IMG/VR virus record: IMGVR_UViG_3300045953_000088
Span: 1 to 53,620 of that record
Length of the DNA: 53,620 nucleotides
Source: a virus
Taxonomy: Duplodnaviria > Caudoviricetes
Direction: 5' to 3' (one strand)
Part shown: one piece after another, positions 36,848-45,458 of the stretch
Numbering within the stretch: the stretch's first letter is position 1
Layout: every line of letters starts with the position of its first letter
Notes under the pieces: model-generated
Database searches by the model: none
Seen by the model: the letters and a program-made list of their open reading frames with translations, nothing else
What the model was told of the DNA's origin: nothing
Position numbers and translations under genes: made by a program

Positions 36848-37213
36848 TCAACTCTGCGCGGTCGCGCCTTTCAGTTCGGTCACCGTGAGAATGAGCCGCA
36901 CATGCTGCTCTTCGACATCTTCCTGGTGACCGATGTTGAAAATCCGGCCCCTGTACTTCAGTCGATGCCGCTCAACGTCGAGTTCGCGGTAACGAATCTC
37001 GACGACATGCGTTGCCGTCGGCACAAGCTGGCGCGTCTTCTCGATCTTGCCAGCGTTTGGCGTTTCGATCTTGCACGCCACGTCGACCAGGTACGACTTC
37101 CATTCGCGAATCGGATGCCCGCGGCCATCGACCTCGCCGCTCTCGGTGTATTTCTCAATGTCGATCCGCTTGTCCAGATCTCCGGCGTCAACATGGGCTC
37201 GCTGCGTTGCCAT
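36848..37213 (-). CDS. Head closure protein (SPP1 gp16-like)
   Basis: AGDLDKRIDI...THVVEIRYR...RLKYRGRIFNI. Confidence 0.85.
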   Translation of the reverse strand: MATQRAHVDAGDLDKRIDIEKYTESGEVDGRGHPIREWKSYLVDVACKIETPNAGKIEKTRQLVPTATHVVEIRYRELDVERHRLKYRGRIFNIGHQEDVEEQHVRLILTVTELKGATAQS

Positions 37214-38157
37214 TAATATGCCCCCCATTCTTCGAGGGCCGCGAGCGATTCAGACACCTTGCGTTCGAAGTCGTCCGCCGAACTCGGCTCGCGATTGCGA
37301 TAGCCGTGAGCAATCTTTCGCAGCAACAGCCCACGAATGTTTGGCGGGACCTGGCCGACGAAGACTTGACTGGATCCGTTGTTCGTCAAGTCGATCACGG
37401 CGCCGCCAGGCGTCAGCGACACCTGGAAAGTCAGGCCACCGTTCGTTGGATTCACCACGTAGTAATTCACACCTGCAACCAACGGCGTTGGCACCTCGCC
37501 GTCCGAGGTCGCTGAGAACGTCACCGTTTGATCTTCCTCAAACGGAATTGCCGCCGACGTAAACGTGTCAGCAGATGACGATGCTCGGACCGGTGTCAAG
37601 ACTCCTGAAACAAACTGAATCAGGATCGGATACGCTCGCTGCGTCGAGAGAGCCGGCCAAACCTGAAACGGTCCGATGTCAACTTCGCCCGGTTGGCGCC
37701 ATGCCGTTCGAACCAAATACCCTGACGTCGAGAGCGTCTGCAGGTTGTCGCTTGAATCGTAGTACTTGATCCAGCTCACCGACTGCAGCGGAGGCCTCGG
37801 TAAACGCAATGATCCGTCACCGTTGATTCGCCCGTAGCTGATACCGGTGATTCCCGGGTAACCAGGGTGCCACTGACCAGACAAACCTCCCCACCACATG
37901 CGCACCGGCATTTGATAAATCGCGGTCAGGATCTGCCGGCCGCCAGTGCGTTTCTCGAACCAGTCGGTTGCTTCATCGATCAGGCCGAGGATCCGGGGAT
38001 CGTCCGCCGTGATGTCGTCATCGGAACGGCAGGCTAGTTTCGCTTCACGAAGGCTGACGGCCCTGCCGATCGGTGATTGAACTTGAATCAGCGGCCCGTC
38101 GAGGTATGCCTTGAAGGCTGGCTGAATCGGAGAGCCGTATGGATTTATCAGCCCCAT
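37213..38157 (-). CDS. Head-tail connector (HK97 gp6-like) with inserted domain
   Basis: VSLREAK, LPRPPLQSV..IKYYD, VPPNIR.LLL.IAH.Y.NRE. Confidence 0.85.
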   Translation of the reverse strand: MGLINPYGSPIQPAFKAYLDGPLIQVQSPIGRAVSLREAKLACRSDDDITADDPRILGLIDEATDWFEKRTGGRQILTAIYQMPVRMWWGGLSGQWHPGYPGITGISYGRINGDGSLRLPRPPLQSVSWIKYYDSSDNLQTLSTSGYLVRTAWRQPGEVDIGPFQVWPALSTQRAYPILIQFVSGVLTPVRASSSADTFTSAAIPFEEDQTVTFSATSDGEVPTPLVAGVNYYVVNPTNGGLTFQVSLTPGGAVIDLTNNGSSQVFVGQVPPNIRGLLLRKIAHGYRNREPSSADDFERKVSESLAALEEWGAY

Positions 38158-38160
38158 CGA

Positions 38161-38418
38161 TTATCTCTTGCTGCGCTTCGAGGGTTGCAATTGCGGCTGA
38201 GTGATGACGGACTTCTCGACCGCGGCCGCCGGTGCTGGCTGAACGCGTGGCTCCTGGCCTAGCGGCGTGCCATCGTTGGCCCGACCAGGAGCCCATTCGG
38301 CGATACGTCGTCGCACCAGCGCCTCAGCGACGATTAAGCTCAATCCCGGAATGATCATGTTCGCCAGCCGGCCGCGCCACGGATGCAACAGCCGGATCGT
38401 CGTGTCTTGCTTTTCCAT
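38161..38418 (-). CDS. Small head-module protein
   Basis: IRLLHPW...AEALVRRRIAE pattern typical of genes after the capsid. Confidence 0.55.
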   Translation of the reverse strand: MEKQDTTIRLLHPWRGRLANMIIPGLSLIVAEALVRRRIAEWAPGRANDGTPLGQEPRVQPAPAAAVEKSVITQPQLQPSKRSKR

Positions 38419-39154
38419 TCGTTGGTTCCTGTTTTTCTGGCGATGCCTCGGGTGCGTTTGTTTTGTCGTGATCCCAACCCCATTGCTGTTGGTTATTCCA
38501 ATAGAACGGACCCCAATGATTAATCCGGACTTTCCGCGTCGCTGCGAGTTTGAGCCCAAAGCGGCGAACTTGCCGGCTGAAATCCCAATCCTCAGGAATC
38601 ACTCGATGCTCGAACCGGCCATCCGGTGACTGGAGAATCTTGTCCTGAATCGTGAAACACGTCTTGAAAGCCCACGGGCCTAAGCGGCAAAGCCAAAGAC
38701 CTGTGTTGAGAAGGAGCGGTCCGCCGACGTCCTTCTCCGTGAACGTCTCAGGAAATTTCATCACTTCCTTTGTCGTCAGCCGGCGGACCTTCCACTGATC
38801 GCCCGTGTCGTCAATGGCTGTCGACGTCAAACCGCGTTCGTCCTTGATTGGCACGACGGCCGAGATGATGTCGGCGCCGACCTTTTCCATTTCGGCGAAC
38901 AGGATGTCGAGCCAGTTGACCTCGGCGCCAATGTCCGAGTGCATCATCGCGAACCCGTGAATGTCGCCCTCGGCGAAGTGATTCAGGGCCTGGCACCAGT
39001 GCAGGTTGAAAGCTGCGCCAAGCAAAGAGCCGCCGGCGCTTAGAGAACGTGCAACCTCGATTGAGCCGCCGTCACGACAGGGTTCGAAGAAGGCCTTGGC
39101 GGCTTCGCATTCCATTGTCGTGGTATACCGAGGCATCGCCAAAAATACGCGCAT
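38324..39154 (-). CDS. GT-A fold glycosyltransferase
   Basis: VFLAMP, MHSDI (DxD-like), NTGLWL, EDWDFSR, V.INHWG. Confidence 0.75.
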   Translation of the reverse strand: MRVFLAMPRYTTTMECEAAKAFFEPCRDGGSIEVARSLSAGGSLLGAAFNLHWCQALNHFAEGDIHGFAMMHSDIGAEVNWLDILFAEMEKVGADIISAVVPIKDERGLTSTAIDDTGDQWKVRRLTTKEVMKFPETFTEKDVGGPLLLNTGLWLCRLGPWAFKTCFTIQDKILQSPDGRFEHRVIPEDWDFSRQVRRFGLKLAATRKVRINHWGPFYWNNQQQWGWDHDKTNAPEASPEKQEPTNGKARHDDPAVASVARPAGEHDHSGIELNRR

Positions 39155-39215
39155 CCATGAACCTCGTTTGGAGAGTAGGGCGATCACGATTGAACGAGTG
39201 AGCGATCAACGGCGA

Positions 39216-39683
39216 TTAGCCGATCATGCGCTGAGCCGGCGCCGTGCCGGAGCCCGCGGCCGTGTTCGGCGCCTCATGCGGACGGCTGAGTTTGCAGACG
39301 ACGCTGATCAGGCAAGTGTTGTTGGCACTCACCGGCGTCGTGATCGACGGCTTGAGGTAACGTTTCTTGCCGCGGAGATCGACAAGGGTCTGGAACGCCT
39401 TGTTGTCGTCCGTCGCCGATGGCAGCGTGCTGGCCGAACCGGTGTCGTTGTTGTCCGTGCCCATGACCGTGCCGCTGATGTCGGCCGGGCTGGCCATGTT
39501 GGATTGATCCGATTGCTGGATCTTGTGCGCCGACAGTGCGTTTGCCGTGACGCCGATCATGGTGATGAACTCGGCGTATTCGTAGCCGATCGTGTCAACC
39601 GTCGCGCACGTCAATGTCGAGTTGTCCGCCAACGACTGCGGCGGAGATACCACGACCGTTTTTTCCTGAAATTGAGGAAGCAT
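39216..39683 (-). CDS. Capsid decoration / cement protein
   Basis: VDTIGYE...KIQQSD...GKKRYLK; directly after the major capsid gene. Confidence 0.65.
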   Translation of the reverse strand: MLPQFQEKTVVVSPPQSLADNSTLTCATVDTIGYEYAEFITMIGVTANALSAHKIQQSDQSNMASPADISGTVMGTDNNDTGSASTLPSATDDNKAFQTLVDLRGKKRYLKPSITTPVSANNTCLISVVCKLSRPHEAPNTAAGSGTAPAQRMIG

Positions 39684-39746
39684 GGAAATTCCCTCTTGCG
39701 TTGTTGTGAATCCGTATGTGGGCGATGCCGCATTCGCGGCGGTTAG

Positions 39747-41264
39747 TTACGACGCAGCCGTTTGTAAGCCGACAATCGGGCCGGGGTTGGCAGAACGAGC
39801 GTCGCCAATGCCAGAGGCAAAGCCGACATCATGAACGTTGATGTCGATTCGCTCGATGCCGCGAATACCGATCTGGTTGCGTTCCCAGAGCGACTGGCCG
39901 CCGACGCTGGCGTGTTCGGAGAAATCGACTTGCATCGCCTGCCGATCGCCAATCATGGCACCTTGAGAGAAATCGCCAAGCAGGGCGGACACCTGACTGA
40001 CCGCCGTTGTGCCCGGCATGACCTGCACGAACTCGACGGGATAGCCGAGGAAAACCGGACGCTGCTTTCCGCCTGGTGCTTCCGCTGCGGCTTCGCGGGC
40101 TTCGACGCCACCGAGCGCTATCATCACCCGGTGCATGACCGAGTAATAAAACGTCTTGTGGCAAACCCAGCACGCACGCTCGGTATCGGCAAACTTCGGC
40201 AGCAAACCAACGACTGATTCGAAATCGGACATCGAAAGAGTGGCGAAAGTGTGATGGCCGGTTGGGGCCTGAAAAAGTCCGATCGATGGATTCGCACCAT
40301 CCACGAGCAACAACTTCGTGCGGACCCCAACGCATCGGCCGTACGTGCTGGTGCCGTCGCCGTTGAACGCCGCCTGATCTTCGGAGTAGGAAAACGCGTA
40401 GGCGATTTCCTTCGCGAGATCATCGCCCCAATTGATGATCACGTCCGCGTTGACCTGGCGGCTCGCGCGGCTGATGACAGTCAAGTCCTTGGCAACTAGC
40501 TCAACGTCATCCCACGTCTTGTTGCTCTCGGTGTTGGCCGCATTCTCGGCCGTCCAATATGCTGTCAAACCGGAGCGGCGACGCGGCACGCGCTTCGTGT
40601 CGCTCATCATCGGCTCGATCTTGAACAGCCGGCGAGCGTCGCCGAACTGCTCGCGCAGATCGATGATGTCCTGCGAGAACTCGGGCGGAATGAGGAACTG
40701 ATAACCACTCGCATCGGTGGACGACACGGCCGCCATGTTCTTCTTCACCCACTCGGTTGCCTCGGCATAGAACGGCGAGGCCGACATGAGCTTTGGAACG
40801 TCGGCCGCCATGCGAGCGGCCGCCCACATGCCGAAACGGAAGGCCCGCATTTCGGCCGTCAAGCCGTTGCGAGTTCCTTTGAAGTTGCGGATGCTGCCGA
40901 CCTTTTTCGGCTCGGCCCAGATAACCGTCTTGCCATCCCCGGCGTTCGGCACGATGACGCCGTTTTGTGTCGGCGCGTCCGCCGTGGTGATTCGATTGCC
41001 GCCGGTCACCGTCGCGGCCAGACGTTTCTTCTCGGCCTCGCGTTCGGCGGCTTCGCGTTCCAGACGAGCCGTCTCGGCCTCGTTTGCGTCGAGCTGTTTC
41101 TGCCGCTCGATCTTCTGCATCAGCGCGGCACGCTCGCCGCTCCTGCCGTCCGCGCCGACCAGGCGGTCATGCTCGGCTTGTTGATCCGTGGTCATGGCGT
41201 CCGCGCACAAAAGCTCGCGGATTCGCGCGTCCATCGCCTTGAGTTTTTGGATAAGTTCGTGCAC
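39747..41264 (-). CDS. HK97-fold major capsid protein with N-terminal delta domain
   Basis: G.FLIPPEFS.DII, AYWTAEN, EDQAAFNGDG, LGYPV, LLGDFS, RGIERID. Confidence 0.93.
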   Translation of the reverse strand: MHELIQKLKAMDARIRELLCADAMTTDQQAEHDRLVGADGRSGERAALMQKIERQKQLDANEAETARLEREAAEREAEKKRLAATVTGGNRITTADAPTQNGVIVPNAGDGKTVIWAEPKKVGSIRNFKGTRNGLTAEMRAFRFGMWAAARMAADVPKLMSASPFYAEATEWVKKNMAAVSSTDASGYQFLIPPEFSQDIIDLREQFGDARRLFKIEPMMSDTKRVPRRRSGLTAYWTAENAANTESNKTWDDVELVAKDLTVISRASRQVNADVIINWGDDLAKEIAYAFSYSEDQAAFNGDGTSTYGRCVGVRTKLLLVDGANPSIGLFQAPTGHHTFATLSMSDFESVVGLLPKFADTERACWVCHKTFYYSVMHRVMIALGGVEAREAAAEAPGGKQRPVFLGYPVEFVQVMPGTTAVSQVSALLGDFSQGAMIGDRQAMQVDFSEHASVGGQSLWERNQIGIRGIERIDINVHDVGFASGIGDARSANPGPIVGLQTAAS

Positions 41265-41469
41265 GGTTTGGTCCCTCGTGTGGGCCGGGGACCGTGAACG
41301 CGCATGAAAAAACGCCGTGCGTTGAGGCCACCGGCAAATGATCGCTTCCGATCTTCGCCAGCAAGCCATCAGTCGCTACAGCGCCCGATGAAATGCTTAC
41401 CTGTCGTTGCGTTCCGTCCGCTACAGCGTCCGGTTGGTTTGGACAGGGTGAGATTTAATTGTTGATGGA

Positions 41470-41507
41470 AGTATAAGAGCGGGCCTGACTGATTGTCAAG
41501 CCCGCTC
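41470..41507 (-). promoter_or_regulatory. Strong promoter for the capsid gene, overlapped by an inverted repeat
   Basis: TTGACA-N18-TATACT within GAGCGGGCTTGAC-AATCA-GTCAGGCCCGCTC. Confidence 0.65.
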
Positions 41508-41518
41508 AGATTTTTTTC

Positions 41519-42004
41519 TCAGTCGTTCGCGGCCATCACACTCGCGACCTCGCTGGCCACGAGCCCGTAATCAATGCCGACCGCGAGCAACCCGGAGAGA
41601 ACCAAGCCGCCACCGGTCAGCAGAGCAATCGCGTGAGCACAATGCCAGATCGAGAGAACGAGCAGGGCGACGCCGGCCGCGCCGACCGCGAACGCCAGCG
41701 GGCGCTTGCCGGCTCGGTACGCATGCCCGGCGATCCGTCCGAGCATCCACACGAGTAACGGGACGACCGCGCCAAGGACGCCGGCTGCTGTGCACGCCAA
41801 CACGTTCAACGAGCCGCACATGTCGACGTTGGCCCAAGCGTTCAAGCCGCTCGACAGGATGCACGCCGCCACTACGTAGCGCGTTCCCCATCGCTCGACC
41901 TGGCGAAGATGACTGGAATGATTCGGCGCCTTGGGCTTGCTCGGTTTCTTCGCCGGGCGAGCTTTCGGTAAGTCGATACGCGATCCGTTCAATACGCTGT
42001 CCAT
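41519..42004 (-). CDS. Four-TM membrane protein (moron)
   Basis: Four hydrophobic helices; GAGGAG RBS. Confidence 0.65.
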   Translation of the reverse strand: MDSVLNGSRIDLPKARPAKKPSKPKAPNHSSHLRQVERWGTRYVVAACILSSGLNAWANVDMCGSLNVLACTAAGVLGAVVPLLVWMLGRIAGHAYRAGKRPLAFAVGAAGVALLVLSIWHCAHAIALLTGGGLVLSGLLAVGIDYGLVASEVASVMAAND

Positions 42005-42111
42005 GATCTACGCTCCTCGAAAGTGTAGGTCCAGCGGGCCGGATGTTTGCAGCATCGCGGCCCGCAATATCCACCAGTGACAAGGGCCGCCTCTTTCGAA
42101 GCCCTGCGTCG

Positions 42112-42387
42112 TTACTTGCTGGCTTCAGCCATGGCGCACAAGATGACGCCGATGAGCTGGAACACGCCCTTGACCATCTCCACCGCGAAGTAGCATCCAA
42201 TGATGCCATCGCCAGCCATGGAGCCGGCCGCGGCCATGCCGCCAACCAGGATCGCCACGCAGCCTACCGTGCCCAGGATCCACATGTACGCGAGCGGCGA
42301 AAGCACGCTCAGGCACATCAGGGCCACCGAGAAGCTGACGAAGCTCACCCAACCACACGTCACCAGAACAGGGTCACGACGGGTCAT
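42112..42387 (-). CDS. Small membrane protein (moron)
   Basis: AGGAGG RBS; hydrophobic. Confidence 0.55.
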   Translation of the reverse strand: MTRRDPVLVTCGWVSFVSFSVALMCLSVLSPLAYMWILGTVGCVAILVGGMAAAGSMAGDGIIGCYFAVEMVKGVFQLIGVILCAMAEASK

Positions 42388-42437
42388 AACGACCTCCTTT
42401 CCTCTACCATACTATACGATTTTTGCCGCCAAATATT

Positions 42438-42499
42438 GCATTAAATCCAAAATATATTTCGGATTTAATGATTGCACACGCCATGCCGTTGCCTATAAT
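42438..42499. promoter_or_regulatory. Divergent promoter region with palindromic operator
   Basis: CATTAAATCC-N12-GGATTTAATG; plus-strand TTGCAC-N16-TATAAT. Confidence 0.6.
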
Positions 42500-42522
42500 T
42501 CGGATTGAAAGAGAGGTGATTT

Positions 42523-42717
42523 GTGGGCAAGTCAGCAAAACGCGGACGTCCGAAGGTGCACGATACGCCGCGTAAACACCTTGGCATACGTCCGTCTGCC
42601 GAAGTGGCAGCAGCACTTGAGGCGTATTGCAACGCGCAAACGGTCAGACCGTCTGATTCTGCGGTTGCGATGCACGCGCTAGTCGAGTTCTTGAAAAGAG
42701 AGGGTTACTTGAAATGA
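42523..42717 (+). CDS. Small RHH-like regulator
   Basis: RGRPK AT-hook-like motif, strand-helix-helix, ALVEFLKREGY; same style as 12481..12705. Confidence 0.6.
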   Translation: MGKSAKRGRPKVHDTPRKHLGIRPSAEVAAALEAYCNAQTVRPSDSAVAMHALVEFLKREGYLK

Positions 42718-42923
42718 AACGCCCATGCTGTCGCCCCGCCGCCTCGCACGCCTGGAAGCCACTCCCAGGCGACGGCAACTACGTGACGTGCAGCAAGTGC
42801 GGCCGCCTCGCCGGCTATCAGCGCGGCGGTCTTCTCGCACGACGCGGACGACTCAAGTTGTTCAACTATCCAGAAATTGAAGAATCGATCCGAGAGCGCG
42901 CGGCCAAAAATGTGAATTCTTGA
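42714..42923 (+). CDS. Small Zn-ribbon protein
   Basis: CC..H.W...CSKCG; translationally coupled. Confidence 0.5.
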   Translation: MKRPCCRPAASHAWKPLPGDGNYVTCSKCGRLAGYQRGGLLARRGRLKLFNYPEIEESIRERAAKNVNS

Positions 42924-42927
42924 TGGG

Positions 42928-43188
42928 CTATTCGTCTTCGTCTAACGAATCAATCAACTCGGACAACGACTCTTCGTCGAGGTTGCCGCCAACGATTTCA
43001 GCGATCGCAGTAGACTTGTCCTCGATCTCGTGTTCCCCGTTGCCAAGTTCGAGGATCTCATCGTACGTCCAACCCAGAAACGAATCACCTTCGACTATCA
43101 AATGGGAAAGTTGGCCGATAGAATCATTCGCTTCGGCGCTCGCAAGAGCCTGAATTCCGCCATCAACCTTACTCAAGAAAACGGTCAT
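42928..43188 (-). CDS. Small acidic protein, candidate immunity protein
   Basis: ATGA overlap with the upstream metallopeptidase gene; very acidic. Confidence 0.55.
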   Translation of the reverse strand: MTVFLSKVDGGIQALASAEANDSIGQLSHLIVEGDSFLGWTYDEILELGNGEHEIEDKSTAIAEIVGGNLDEESLSELIDSLDEDE

Positions 43189-44177
43189 TTTTTCTTGCCC
43201 TTTATTAGTCCATCGATCTTTGATTTGATGACGCTGACCGTCCGTGGAAAATGCTTGGCGAGTTCATTATAGGAGCAACCGCCAGTGCCATGTTCATCTT
43301 TCCCTTTGTGAATTTGAGCAAATAATTCGGCAAACGCTTCGCTGCGTGCTCTCGCGTAGGGAATTCCGTCGCCGACATGCGTGAAATACGCGAGCCCTTC
43401 TTTTTCTTTCACAGGAATTGAAGAATTGTCTATGTTGTACGCCTCGATGAAATCGGCGTGCGTTGATGCCCAATTCAACGCCTGGTCAACAGAATGACCG
43501 TACTCATGCCGAGCCGTTCCGACGACGCGATTTGACTGGTACTCTTTTCCACCAACTAAATAATGAGACGCCACGATTGCCCGGTTTCCAGAGGACGTAT
43601 GAACTCCATCAGGCAATGTTCCTGCGCCCCATCCGCCAAATCCTGATTCGTTGAGCGACTCGTAACCGGGTAATTCATCCGTGACCTTGTTGACCACAAC
43701 AACCTTGCCAGGTGAGTCAGCGCCAACAACAGCATCGTGAACGTGATCGGGAATAGTGCTTAGGGCTTTGTGGACTTGGTTCGTGACTTCTTTTGGAGGA
43801 TCGCCCTTCGTTTCCAGTGCGTACGCTTTCGGCACTTTGCTGTAGTCCTTTTCGGGTTTTTCGACTGGAGTCTCTTTTTTCGGCGTCTCCTGCTTTTCCT
43901 TCGCGTACTTTTCCTTCAGCCGGTCTGCCAGTTTCTTGACGAGTTCGGATTTCTTTCCGCTCGCCTTGACGCCGTGATCTTTCTTAAGGCTGTGGAGTTG
44001 CTTGACTGTCATCTTCGACAGGTCACGCAGCAGAGCCTTTGCCTCTTCTTTGCTGCACTTGCCGCCGTTCTCCTTGATCTTCGCAATTCTATCGCGAGCC
44101 TTTTTGTCGTCCTCTTTTCCTTGGGGACATGGACCAGGAACGCCGCTACCAGGGCCGCCACACCCTAAGCGCGGCAT
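43185..44177 (-). CDS. CGGPGSG-tagged SAP-like domain plus anthrax-lethal-factor-like Zn metallopeptidase (probably a frameshift extension of the protease)
   Basis: CGGPGSGVPGPCP; LSKMTVKQLHSLKKDHGVKASGKKSELVKKL (SAP-like); HEYGH...YF...SEAFAELFA. Confidence 0.8.
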   Translation of the reverse strand: MPRLGCGGPGSGVPGPCPQGKEDDKKARDRIAKIKENGGKCSKEEAKALLRDLSKMTVKQLHSLKKDHGVKASGKKSELVKKLADRLKEKYAKEKQETPKKETPVEKPEKDYSKVPKAYALETKGDPPKEVTNQVHKALSTIPDHVHDAVVGADSPGKVVVVNKVTDELPGYESLNESGFGGWGAGTLPDGVHTSSGNRAIVASHYLVGGKEYQSNRVVGTARHEYGHSVDQALNWASTHADFIEAYNIDNSSIPVKEKEGLAYFTHVGDGIPYARARSEAFAELFAQIHKGKDEHGTGGCSYNELAKHFPRTVSVIKSKIDGLIKGKKK

Positions 44178-45121
44178 CGGTCGAAAAAATAGGAGCCCTC
44201 GAACAGCAACGCCGCTTCGCGCTCGCGCTGCTCTTGCCGCAGCATCATCATGTTCGTACCGCCGCTACGAGCGTCCGACGCGCCGACGCCCAGGCCACTG
44301 AGAAGTGATTCCAGGGAGCGAATCTGATCGATCATCCCGGCCGCCAGCGCCGTCTGCGCGGAAACGACGGCGCCTTGACCGAACTTCTCGCGCACGTCCG
44401 ATTTGTTCATGTCGTGGCGATTCCGAGCGACGGCAGCAATGAACGCCGTGTAAGTTTCATTGACGCTCGCCTGGATCGCCGCGCGAGCATCGTCGTCAAG
44501 AGGCTCAGTCGGGAAGCCCTCGGCCTTGCGCTTGCCGGCTTTGACGATCGATACCTTGATGCCAGCCTTTTCGAGCGCCTTCGATTGATCGACGTGGATT
44601 TGATAAACGCCGACGCTGCCGACGTCGCCGCTTGGCGTGCAGCAAAACGTTGATGCCGAGGTTGCGAGCCAGTACGCCGCGGAGCACGCGACGCTGTTCG
44701 CAATCGCGTAGCACGGCTTTTTCGCTCGCGCATTGTAAATCTTGTCTGACAGTTCCTGAATGCCGTAGCTCGTTCCGCCTGGGCTGTCAACGTCAAGCAC
44801 GATCGCGCTGACGCTCGGATCGTTCACGGCGGAATCGAATTGAACGCCGATTTCATCGCAGGACGTTCCGCCCATCATGTAACCCATGAAGGACAAATGC
44901 TGCTCAAGGAATCCGTAGACGCCGATCATCGCGACGCGGCCCTTGACGGCGCGGATCGCTTTCGCCGCAACGTGCTTGGCGGCGTCCATTCGCTTCGCTC
45001 GCTCTGCCTCAACGCACTGAGCTGACGGGACCTCGCGGCGCGACGCGGCTTCCAGCATCTGCTTGAATCGCGTCGGCTCGGCGAGCCAAGAAGTGTTGTC
45101 AAGGGCTTTGATGTCGAACAT
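44165..45121 (-). CDS. S49-family prohead protease
   Basis: IVLDVDSPGG, ACSAAYWLA, VGSVGVY, KAGKRKAEG, AGMIDQI. Confidence 0.92.
   Translation of the reverse strand: MFDIKALDNTSWLAEPTRFKQMLEAASRREVPSAQCVEAERAKRMDAAKHVAAKAIRAVKGRVAMIGVYGFLEQHLSFMGYMMGGTSCDEIGVQFDSAVNDPSVSAIVLDVDSPGGTSYGIQELSDKIYNARAKKPCYAIANSVACSAAYWLATSASTFCCTPSGDVGSVGVYQIHVDQSKALEKAGIKVSIVKAGKRKAEGFPTEPLDDDARAAIQASVNETYTAFIAAVARNRHDMNKSDVREKFGQGAVVSAQTALAAGMIDQIRSLESLLSGLGVGASDARSGGTNMMMLRQEQREREAALLFEGSYFFDRCRA
44183..44189 (-). other. Candidate -1 frameshift site T_TTT_TTC fusing the protease to the effector
   Basis: TAT TTT TTC in the protease frame; the -1 frame reads ...FRPMPRLGCGGPGSG; hairpin 7 nt downstream. Confidence 0.65.
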
Positions 45122-45125
45122 GGCG

Positions 45126-45458
45126 TCAGTCCTTTTTTGGTGCCTGCACGAATCGCGGTTTCTTCTCGACCTTTTCGTAGGGGATGATTTCTTCGACTTC
45201 CCATTCTTCCGCGCCGTTTTCCTGTTTGACTGGGCCTTTCAGCAATGGAACTTGATCATCACGAATTTCCGGCCGTCCCTTAACCGGCGTGAATCCCCAC
45301 TTGGTGACAAGTGCAGCGATCATCAATTCTGGATCATCGCCTTGCCATGGGATTTGTTCGTCCGGGCTGTCCGGAGTCCGCACAAAAAATTCATTGCCGT
45401 CTTGAAGGGCAATTCGGGCTGGCCCGGCAGCGGCGACGACAATGAAGTTACGCATCAA
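45126..45458 (-). CDS. Small protein, candidate immunity protein for the portal-fused toxin
   Basis: Start abuts the portal stop; GGAGG RBS. Confidence 0.55.
   Translation of the reverse strand: MMRNFIVVAAAGPARIALQDGNEFFVRTPDSPDEQIPWQGDDPELMIAALVTKWGFTPVKGRPEIRDDQVPLLKGPVKQENGAEEWEVEEIIPYEKVEKKPRFVQAPKKD

Noticed and set aside
44140-44176. H-type pseudoknot as frameshift stimulator (loop AGGG with downstream CCCT)
   Set aside because: Only about 2 nt would bridge the stems, probably too short; only the simple hairpin is claimed.
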